Of a DNA stretch of 64,000 bases, positions 53,670 through 64,000 are shown in pieces. Both the position numbers and the translations under genes were made by a program. The stretch is from Octopus sinensis (lineage: Eukaryota): positions 116,188,001-116,252,000 of the forward strand of contig NC_042997.1 in the NCBI RefSeq assembly GCF_006345805.1, written 5' to 3'. Under the pieces are notes generated by a model. The model was given only the letters and a program-made list of their open reading frames with translations. It ran no database searches and had not been told where the DNA came from. The first letter of the stretch is position 1, and each line of letters begins with the position of its first letter.

Positions 53670-53716
<47 letters not shown>

Positions 53717-54430
53717 TGATGATGATAATGAAATTATTGTTTACAGTGCTCAGGTGCACCACAACTTGTCAAAAGTGCGTATAAAGCATATGCAGCAATG
53801 TACAAATGTTTGGAAAGTGAACAGTGTATGAGTCAGATACATGCTTGCGTGTGTATGGAGGGGAGAAAATCAGGTGTAGTGTTGGCGAATCTCAGGAAGC
53901 ATGGAAGTTTTGAAGGGTGCAGTGCTCCGACAACTAACAACTGATACCGGCAGTTTGTTGCATACTTCAGCAACTCTTAGCGTGAAAAAATGTTTCCGAA
54001 AGTCTTGGAAGCTATGCAATTTTCTGACTTTGTAAACATGTCCAAGGGTGTTAGACAGATGGAGTTTGAAAAGGTGCTCAAAGTTATTGTTTGTAAGATG
54101 GTTAATAATTTTATGGGTGTCTGCCAAGTCAGCTGCCAGACGTCGGAGTCTCAATGTATCCATGCCCAGGGAAGTAAGGCGTTCAGAATATGACAAATGC
54201 CTGATGGAGGGTATTCTCTTGGTTGCACGTTGCTGAACGGCTTCTTGGGCAAGATAGGGGTTCCAGACCGGTGATGCAAATTCCTGGTGAGGTCGCACCA
54301 TAGCTACATAAAGCCGCAGATAGATAGCCGGAGAGCGGCTCACAAAGGACTTTACAAGTTTCTTTGAACCTGAATTCCTACTGGACAAGAACTGTGTCAC
54401 AGTAGATGCCAAAAATATTGCCATGTCGCA
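53670..54430 (-). mobile_element. 5'-truncated CR1-like LINE with trinucleotide tail
   Basis: ORF 53870-54424: VRPHQEFASPVWNPY..EAVQQRATK..YSERL..RRLAADL..GHVYK..FFTLRV..LP. Confidence 0.88.
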
Positions 54431-55124
54431 AATTTATTACTCAAGTTTTAATACTTAAGTTCTTATTTTTATTCTTAGCTTATTTTTCGTTTCCATTACC
54501 GATCCTTGTCATGTAGCATCTATCAATAAAAATATCTGAAACTGAAAATATCCGTTACGCCAATGTTTTAACAATTCTTTTGAATACTTCTTATGTTCTT
54601 TTAATGGTGCCTGCGAGTATGTCTGAATATGTATCAAAGTGTGATTGTAGGTGTTCGTGTATGCGTGGTCGCGTGCTCTTTCTTAATATATACGTTTCAC
54701 CAAACAATGATATATTTTGAATGTTATGTAGTTAAATTTATCCTCATGTACTAGAATACTGGTAATTTTTATTTTTATTTATTATATTTTTGTAAATCAA
54801 TAATGACGTGACATGAAACCGGAAACACAATTTATAGAAAAATGTATAACAACTGAAAATCTAGGCCATAACAAAAAACAATAATAGAACAACGGACGAT
54901 ATAAGAATAAGCAAAACAATAAACAACTGGATCAGTGTCGGTAAATGTAGTGATAAAAGGGGATAACGACAATATCAATAACATCAACAATAATAGCAAC
55001 AATAACAATATCAGCAACAACAACAACGACGATAAAATAAAAAAAATTATGGCAACATCGATGTCAATGATGAGAGAGACATAAACAATGGCGATTAATA
55101 AAAATAAAACACGAGCACTCAGAG

Positions 55125-55440
55125 AGCACACACCTCCGCCAAGGCAACGTCAACGTCCTCTCAACAATTAGCCAGAGATGATTTTTAAGATGAGAATATC
55201 TGAATTAAACTCGAGTGCTCTCATAAACGAGAATACTAAAAGTGAACCCGACCGTTCTCAAAAATTAAGTAAAAAAACAGGAAAAATAATATAGAATCAT
55301 TGTCCTGCACCGGATCGATCCCAAAAATCTAATCTGTTCGTGCCAGTCACGAGGCCAAAAGTCCATCCAGCGGTTCTTGAGATATCTTGTTCACGGACAA
55401 ACAAAGAAACACGACTGAAAACAATACCTTTTATTGCTCA
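55125..55440 (+). mobile_element. Non-autonomous element of the acctccgccaagg type
   Basis: Starts cacctccgccaagg; ends ggacaaacaaagaaacacgactgaaaacaatacc. Confidence 0.45.
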
Positions 55441-55446
55441 GAGGAG

Positions 55447-55656
55447 GCTAAACATAGAGAGGACAAACAAGGACAGACAAAGGGATTAAGCCGATTACAT
55501 CGACCCCAGTGCGCAACTGATACTTAATTTTTCGACCCCGAAAAGATGAAAGGCTAAGTCGACCTCGGCGGAATTTGAACTCAGAACGTAGCAGCAGACG
55601 AACTACCGCTAAGTATTTCGCCCGGCGTGCTAACGATTCTGCCAGCTTGCTGCCTT
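55447..55656 (-). mobile_element. Family-A SINE
   Basis: Consensus match. Confidence 0.85.
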
Positions 55657-55731
55657 GCCATGTTTTTTCAATTTCTATTAGCAAATATTTATATTTACTG
55701 AAAATTATTATCATTATTATTATTATTATTA

Positions 55732-55799
<68 letters not shown>

Positions 55800-56438
55800 T
55801 ATTATTATTTAATTTCAGGAAAGGAAACTGGAAGATAATACTTTATAAATTATATATATAAATTAAGTATGAATATCTCTGTCTGATAATATTAAATCAA
55901 TACAAAATTTTATCAAGAACAATTTATCTAGTTTTATTAAATAGATAAATTCTAGTGACAAAATACAAACGAAAAGGTAATTTACAATTGAGCTTATTCT
56001 GGTATAACATATAGCATTAAATGAAAATGGTATTGCTGAGACGAAGGTAGTCGTGGTGAAATCGACGCTACCATTTACAGAATTAGATATAAGCTGTATA
56101 TAGTGGGATATCACAAGTGATATCTTTACAAATCTTCTATAGATATTAGAGCCAGCATTGAATGTCAGGACATTTCATTATATGTAAATAGTAATTAAAA
56201 GTGAGATAGCGTAAAAGAAATGGGGACAATGGGATGGGGGAAGAACTTGTAGTGAATGAGGTTTTTTAATATGTATGTGTTGATAATGGGAAAGTTGTAG
56301 AAGAGAACTGGAAATGGGGACATTGGGATAAGGTAATTATTGTAGAATATTATTTTAAAAAGAAAATCATCGAGGGAAAGAAAATATTTAAGTTCTTCTG
56401 GGGGAATTTGGTAGGTGAAAACTATGTGGAAACCCGTC

Positions 56439-56490
<52 letters not shown>

Positions 56491-56663
56491 AAGCATGTAT
56501 AAAATTGAATAAGATAGAGTCAACAAGAAGGAGTACGGTTGGGCAGTTATTTTTAATCAGTACACATATGAACGATCTCAACTTTGTACTCTGCTACGTT
56601 CCTAACGGAATATACCTTAAATATATAAGTATATACATACATACATACATATATATATATATA

Positions 56664-56725
<62 letters not shown>

Positions 56726-56735
56726 CATATATACG

Positions 56736-56766
<31 letters not shown>

Positions 56767-56898
56767 TATATATATAATATAAAATAGTAAAAAGTGAAAA
56801 AACTACAGAAGGCTGTTTTAAAAGGTTAAAAAATATATATTTGAGTCAATATGTCTGAAGAATGTTATCAATTATTTTCTTACAATAACATAGTTTAG

Positions 56899-56938
56899 AA
56901 GAAATGACCGGTTTCGCGTTCAGCTTTTCAAATTTCTT
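56899..56938 (-). ncRNA. Minimal type I hammerhead ribozyme motif with U3-A8 core
   Basis: aagaaat-UUGAAAA-gctgaacgc-GAAA-CCGG-UC-atttctt: perfect 7-bp stem I, palindromic ACCGGU stem III, GUC triplet. Confidence 0.7.
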
Positions 56939-57020
56939 ACATCGTTATGTTTATGTTAAGAAGAGTTCCAAATAAGGGGAGGTAATAAGTGATTTCTTCC
57001 GGTGTAAGGGAGATAATCGC

Positions 57021-57842
57021 TTAAAATTTTTTGCCTTTCCTTTGGAGTGAATTTCTCTGTATAAGTATGTTGGAATGGTTAAGTCTGGGCTTGTACTTTT
57101 CAATGAAGAATGTTTCCTTGTTTATTCTAATTTGTGTTAGTGTTCCGATAGCACATTGGTAAAATGGAAAGATTAAAAATTGTGGTAGTAGTTGCTTTGC
57201 GCATTTCTCAATGTGCTCACTACAGGGTATCATTCTGTATTCTGGGAATGCAATCTGTTGTCGATGCAGTGTGCATCTACGCCTGAGTGATAGTCCCGTG
57301 GATCCCACGTAGTCTTGGTGGCAGCCCGAGCATTTTATGACATAAATTATGTTTTCAGATGCACAAGTAAAATTAGATTTGATCTTGAATTTCTGTCCCT
57401 CTTTGAAGAGGAATTCTGATCCTTCTAGCAGGTTTGGACATGTTGCACAGTTCGGTCTACCACATTCTTTTACTTTTGCATCCGTAATTTCAGAAAACAA
57501 TTTTGCCTTTGTGAGAATCTTTTTAAGTGATTTAGGTTGTTTGTAGCTTTTAATGATTTGGTGTATGTTTAGAATTTCCTTTAATTTGGGGTCCTTATGA
57601 AGTATTGGTAACTTCTGGGTGATGATGGTGAAGGCTTCTTTGTTTCTGGGGTTGTATGTGGATATGTAAGGTAGTATTTTCGGGGAAGGTGTGTTGTTGT
57701 GTTGAACTTTTCTTAAAGTTTCTATGTTGATTTCTGTAGCACGTCTGATTCCATCCTCTATGAGTTGAGCTGGGTAATGTCTGTCAATTAGGGTGTTTTT
57801 GAGTTCTTGCAGTTTAAAGTTCCTGGTATTTTGTTCTGACAC
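57021..57842 (-). CDS. Penelope-like element RT C-terminus + Cys linker + GIY-YIG endonuclease (partial; frame is open further upstream, to about 57955)
   Basis: CGRPNCATC linker; NIIYVIKCSGC..YVGST..LRRRCTLHRQQI..SEH..KETFFI..RLN (IIY-YVG, R, E, N residues, CCHH). Confidence 0.85.
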   Translation of the reverse strand: MSEQNTRNFKLQELKNTLIDRHYPAQLIEDGIRRATEINIETLRKVQHNNTPSPKILPYISTYNPRNKEAFTIITQKLPILHKDPKLKEILNIHQIIKSYKQPKSLKKILTKAKLFSEITDAKVKECGRPNCATCPNLLEGSEFLFKEGQKFKIKSNFTCASENIIYVIKCSGCHQDYVGSTGLSLRRRCTLHRQQIAFPEYRMIPCSEHIEKCAKQLLPQFLIFPFYQCAIGTLTQIRINKETFFIEKYKPRLNHSNILIQRNSLQRKGKKF

Positions 57843-58158
57843 TATTGTGCATATCTTTCTTGCAAGGTTGAAGGGGATGTTTGTTTTAGTGTGTCTTGGG
57901 TGGCATGAATTAAAAAGAAGGTATTGTTTGGCGTCTGTGGCTTTGTAAAAAATTCTGTTTCTATTTTAAGGTTAATTTTTTTAATTAGTATATCCAAGAA
58001 TAGGATATATATATATATATATATATATAATAATTAATTAATAAGGGTGAGAGAATTAATACTAATTTAATAGTATACCTTTCAACACCAAGTGGCCCAG
58101 TGCCCGAGAAACCTGGATTATTATAATATTTTATAACATATTATAATATTTAATACAA

Positions 58159-58384
58159 AAATAAATATAAGAGAGTGGTCACTATGTGGCTCACTCTAGC
58201 ACTAGTAATAGATCCAATAGGTTTCAACCACAAAAATACATTTTTCCCATGAAAGTCAGTACGAATGTTAGCTAACATTCGTACTGACTTTCATGGGAAA
58301 CATGTATTTTTGTGGTTGAAACCTATTGGATCTATTACTAGTGCTAGAGTGAGCCACATAGTGACCACTCTCTTATATTTATTT
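58159..58384. repeat. 226-bp zero-spacer palindrome
   Basis: 113-bp arms, centre ag|ct at 58271/58272, one mismatch. Confidence 0.97.
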
Positions 58385-58398
58385 ATATATATATAATA

Positions 58399-58462
<64 letters not shown>

Positions 58463-59599
58463 ATATGCACGTTATTATGTATAGCTTTCTCTGCTTGGAA
58501 ATCCATCGTTCTAAAGAATAATTTATATATAATATAAATGAAATTAACAGAATGAGATAAAAATCCAAGATTTCAGAACATTTATAAAGAGAAGGTCTTG
58601 CAGCTGTTTCCGAGATATTTTATATATCCTTTCATCGGAGACAGTGTGAGAAAATGGTTAAGCAATAGTTATTCTATAGAAGATATGAAAAAGAGAGTGA
58701 AGTGGAAGAATGAAAATAGACGTGAGATATGCAGAGATATTGTATCTACAGTCCATTGTTTAAGCAGAATGGTATACATATAAGTTTCCTGTGCCTTGTG
58801 TGTAAGTTCCAATAGTATTTAAAATTGGTCATTCCAAGCATAGAGTTTGTACACGGTGTTACTGGATCGAACGTTTTTTGAAATGATTTCACTTAAAACA
58901 TACACATACATATACACACTCGCACTCAGATATTTATATAAACACATTCTATTCTATTCTATTATTCTATTACTCTTTCGTTTTTCTCTCTTCTTATCTC
59001 TAATTCTTTTTATTTCCTCTTCTCCCCCTCTCGTTTCTCTCTCTTGTCCTTTCTCTGATTTTTCCCTCTCCCCTTCATCCTTCTCTGTCTATCATTCTCT
59101 CTCTCTCACTCTTTCACATTTGTTCTCTCGTGGCTCCCACGTAACCATCGGCCATCTTTCTTTTTTCCTAACTTGTGTTTCTTTCTTTCTGATTCAGCTG
59201 GACGAATCAGACGCATTCTTGCCTGTCTCCTGTCCAAGCTTGCTTCTTCGCATTCGTTACCTCATATCGTTTAGGCCTAGCGGCACTTCCTGTTTGTTTT
59301 CACTGTTCTGGTTTTGTTACCTATTTTAACCCTCCGCAAAATCCCAAATTTTATTTAATTTGCTTTCCGGGAGCAACTGTTTTATCGGAGGCTATCTTGT
59401 CGTGAATTGCTCGAAATGCGGATTAGAAAAACAGCCAACAACTGATAAAGCGTCGTTCGTTATGTTGTTTATCTTGTTTGCCATTTGTTTCTTTCATTGT
59501 TTGCAAAAAAAAAAAAATTCATATTCTATGTATTCGTATTTTGGATCTCATGTTTTCGTATTTTATGTTGTTTACGTTCCGTGACGTCCTGTGCCCACA

Positions 59600-59675
59600 T
59601 ATGCATATATATATACGTATAGATGTAAGTATTTACATATACGTATGTATATATGCATATATATATGCATATATA

Positions 59676-59707
<32 letters not shown>

Positions 59708-59822
59708 CGCATTTATATACATGTTTATATGTAAATTTGTATATTATATACATATATATACATATACATACAAATACACACATGCATGCATATATATTAA
59801 CATATACATTCACACGTCTATT

Positions 59823-59862
<40 letters not shown>

Positions 59863-59899
59863 CAAATACATTATTTAAATGTATGTATATACATATATA

Positions 59900-59942
<43 letters not shown>

Positions 59943-60515
59943 GTGTGTGTGTGGTGTGTGTGGTGTGTGTGTGTGTGTATCTACATTTAACACATATACA
60001 CACTCGCTTGCACATATATGCACACAAGCACACATATATATATATATATACATACTATAGAATAAATTTTAATTATGTTATCAGTCTTCTAAGAAATAAT
60101 CTAATATTCCAAGGAGCTCTCACAGAACTATTGGTAAAGTCTTTGGAACAAATATATTCTTCATTGCTTTCAATATTTGACGAGAACTACAGAAATAACA
60201 TTTTATCGATATAAACATCAAACCGTTTTTGTAACAATTCTATAAATATTATATTTCCATGACTGTAATATTATTGTGCCTTTGATCCTATCATAGTAAA
60301 TGGATTTCTTCTTGTTTTACTCCTGATGGCCCAACACACTCACACATACACTCACACGCTTACACGTATACATACATACATACATATATACGCTTACACG
60401 TATACAACATACATACATTATATATATTACACGTATACATACATACATACATACATATATATATTATGTATATATATATATATAATATATAATATATATA
60501 ATATATATATATATG

Positions 60516-60562
<47 letters not shown>

Positions 60563-60917
60563 ATGTATGTATGTATATGTCTGTGTTTATGTCCTTATAC
60601 ATAAACACATACACACACGGACATATATGTATTGATGTTATATTGATCTGTATATATATTTATGTATGTGTGTATGTGCTTGTGTATCTTTATCTGTATT
60701 TATACACATATATATATATATATGTGTGTGTGGTGTGTTTGTGTGTGTGTGTATGTGTGTGTGTGTATGTGTGTGTGTGTGGTGTTTGTGTTTGTGTTTG
60801 TGTAGCAAAAAACAATTGCAGTAATGTATTATTTTTTTTTTACCAGTATGATTATAACTGTCATATATATATTGATATGGGGAAATAAATAAGAGCCATA
60901 CCGTTGTTATACGATTT

Positions 60918-61001
<84 letters not shown>

Positions 61002-61273
61002 CATACACAAATACACGCATATACACATAAACTTACAAACGTATGTGTGCATTTATGTTAACATCTGCATTCATATATATTTGTATTTACGTTTATGCAT
61101 GCGTGTGCATATGTATGTGTGTACGTGTGGTTGTATGTATGTGTGTATGTGTGTGTGTATGTGTACATGTTTGTGTATGGGTGTGTGTAAGAACATATGG
61201 CGAGATAGGGGGAGAGTATAAATCTACGTACGTATATACACACAGACATACAAACACGTACACATTTGCCAGA

Positions 61274-61306
<33 letters not shown>

Positions 61307-61313
61307 CCACACA

Positions 61314-61395
<82 letters not shown>

Positions 61396-61450
61396 GTATG
61401 TATGTATGTATGCATGTATGTTTGTATGTATGTATGTATGTGTGTGTGTG
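59600..61450. repeat. Extended (TA)n/(TG)n/(CA)n microsatellite-rich region
   Basis: Direct reading; explains the many Y/I/T/H/C/V ORFs. Confidence 0.9.
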
Positions 61451-61921
61451 TATGTATTTGATATTTCTTTCTTGTAATATTTTGCTAAAACCATTCCCTT
61501 GATGAACATGTACCATGGAATAATGTATCTGCTGTATTGCGTTGAGTACGTTTTGATATGTTCCAGGCTCTATAAACATTTATAGCGTTATATGCACGTC
61601 TGATGCTAAAGATGGTGGTGATAACAGCGGTGTAACTATTCATAGTAACTGTTTCATTTGAAAACAATATGGAGTCACTCTCAAATTGAGTAACTCTCCA
61701 AAACACTTTATTGCTTTTCAATGATTTGTTTCCTTGAATATATAACTGTCCCAGTGATATCCTCAATCCTACTATTTGAACTGCGTTATTCCAAGAGACC
61801 AGTCCTCAAATTACCCCCTTTTCTCAATTTTCGTTAATGGTTTCTGTTATTTCTTAGCGGGAACACCATTAATAGGTTTGTTTTTTGAAGCTTCATCCCA
61901 TCGACAAATAATAATAATAAT

Positions 61922-62302
61922 ATAAAGATCTTGAAATAGAAATCAGCAAAATGTGGAACCCGAAGACTAAAACAATACCTGTTGTCATAGGTGCCCTGGG
62001 AATGATAGCAAAAGGAGCTGATTGCTACCTAGCTCAGATACCAGGAAACACCCAAATGGCAGAAATTCAAAAGATAGTGCTCATGGGAACTGCTCATTTC
62101 GTACGCAAAATATTTTCTATGTAATGTCAAGTTTTAAAACAAACATAATTTTCTTATGGTTTCTCTAGAACAACACTAAGTACAAAACCAAATATATGAC
62201 ACCCTAGGCATAATACCAACATGAACTTCCAATTTGTTGTCTCTTGAGGTCTCTGGGTGAGACTTGGAGCCAACTTGTACCAATACAAAGTAAAAGTCAA
62301 AC

Positions 62303-62303
<1 letters not shown>
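61922..62303 (+). mobile_element. R4/Dong-like 3' fragment
   Basis: YKDLEIEISKMWNPKTKTIPVVIGALGMIAKG..EIQKIVLMGTAHFVRKIFSM*; AAT repeats on both sides (62304-62351 long). Confidence 0.88.
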
Positions 62304-62353
<50 letters not shown>

Positions 62354-62394
62354 CACTTTGATCACCGAGTAAAAGATTCATTCCCTACGCAGCT

Positions 62395-62520
62395 TTCGTA
62401 AAATTTGGCTTTCCATCTTATTCTTTTGATAATATCCCTCTCTTTTATATATTGTTCGTTGCCTGCAAATATTATTAGAGGATGTCAGGATAATCTTCAT
62501 GGATATACAAATGTGTATTT
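62395..62520 (-). pseudogene. Possible Penelope-type ORF N-terminal relic
   Basis: SMKII..S.. then IIKRIRWKAKFY, resembling the YSxKNIP..KRMRWKAxF motif (from memory). Confidence 0.4.
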
Positions 62521-63146
62521 ATTGTGCCTAAACCAATTATTTTCTTTTAAAATTCAATGTGATCGATTATATAGAAACTGTATGTTGTCCCTTAACTTTT
62601 GAACAGAGACGGCTTCAATATCATCTACAGCTGATATACATCTGTAACGTAATAATAAACAAACTTCTAAATGGCACCATAATAATAAACAAGTAGCCAT
62701 ATATAATTTCATGATTACCTGGACCGATCCACTTGAGGGCAAATATTTAAGTAACTTTCAAATTGTTTTGATAACCATAAGTACTCTTTCAAGAACGAGG
62801 AACAAAGAAACACCACATCCTCACTCAGATATATATGGAAATAAAAAAATCCGAAGCCACCTGGTTAATCATCGAACATATCATAGCCTTCATGAACGCA
62901 GCAAGGGAATGTTGAATTATGCGCTACAGAGCAATATCATATAAACATCGAACAAACCAATACTTTAAGAAAAACGGGAACAATGTTCAAATAACGTCGC
63001 AAGAACAAATTACACGGTAAATCACAACAAAATAAACGAAAGTATATAAAATACGCGTACTGGATATCGTAATATCCAAAGGAGCGCCAAACTGTAAAAT
63101 GGAAGTTCTAAACACAAGCTCTCACGTGTCACTGGACGCTTCTATT

Positions 63147-63485
63147 ATTCAGTTGCACTACGTGTCATCTTGGGCAAGTATCTTCTACTATAATATCAGG
63201 CAAAGTCTTTTGCGTGGCTTATATGGTAGACGGAAACTGAAAGAAGCCCGTCGAGTATATATATATATATATATATTATATTGTGTGCCTTTGTCTCTGT
63301 GTTTGTTCCCTGCCACCACTTGACAACCGGTGTTGGTGTGTTAACGTCCCCATAACTTAGCGGTTTGGCAAAATAAGTACCAGGCTTAAAAATAAGAACT
63401 GGGGTCGATGTATTCGACTAAAGGTTTTTCAAGGCGGTGCTCCATTATGGCTGCAGTCTAATGACTGAAACAATTAAAAGATAAA
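63147..63485 (+). mobile_element. Family-B SINE, 5'-degenerate
   Basis: Consensus match. Confidence 0.8.
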
Positions 63486-64000
63486 AACGCACACACACAC
63501 ACACACAGATATATATACACACATACATACATGCATATATATATTTATGTATTTATATATATATACACACACACACTAATATATATATATATACACAAAT
63601 ATATAATTATAAAGATATAACTATAATATAGGGTGCCGATAAACAGCACCAAAGTGCTAGATATAGACGCCAAATCGCGCTAAAACCATATCTTGTACTC
63701 CGTTAGCATAAGTTGAAAGTGAGAGAATGAATTAAAAAAAAATTTTAAGGGTTAATTACAGATCGACTTCTAGTGTAGAGATTTCTGCCGTCTTTAGTAT
63801 AATATGCCTCACAGTGCATAAATACAAATATTCATATATACCCATACGAATAATGCATATCCACACGTATATACTAGTTAATTATATCTTCATAATTATA
63901 TATTAGTATTAATTGTTACCTATATGGTATTTATTTCATGCTGGCCACTTGATAAAATCTCTATAATGATTTTATCCTTATCTATCTATCTATCTATCTA

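Larger units (their letters stand above)
56771..58004 (-). mobile_element. 5'-truncated Neptune-type Penelope-like element inserted in (TA)n
   Basis: LFLDILIKK..(fs)FYKATDAKQYLLFNSCHPRHTKTNIPFNLARKICTIV (RT end); (TA)n at both ends. Confidence 0.9.

Overview
Eukaryotic, AT-rich, transposon- and microsatellite-dominated DNA, most likely Octopus (coleoid cephalopod). The organism is inferred from remembered tRNA-derived SINE families and was not database-checked. I found no convincing host protein-coding gene; almost all long ORFs in the track are microsatellite or low-complexity artefacts. The real coding remnants are all transposable elements: at least nine R4/Dong-like non-LTR fragments (CCHC knuckle plus PD-(D/E)xK endonuclease), a 5'-truncated Neptune-type Penelope-like element (RT C-terminus plus GIY-YIG), CR1-, RTE- and Tx1/L1-like fragments, and a TSD-flanked MULE transposon. 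hAT and Tc1/pogo MITEs, Helentron-type HINEs and many SINEs fill the rest. The most interesting signals are: (i) minimal hammerhead-ribozyme motifs in Penelope-type termini, one with a compensatory U3-A8 core and one fused behind a tRNA-derived Pol III head (a candidate Penelope-mobilised ribozyme SINE); (ii) near-perfect 226-251 bp fold-back palindromes at Penelope-type insertions; (iii) apparent partitioning of microsatellite targets among retroelement lineages ((AAT)n, (ATAC)n, (TA)n).
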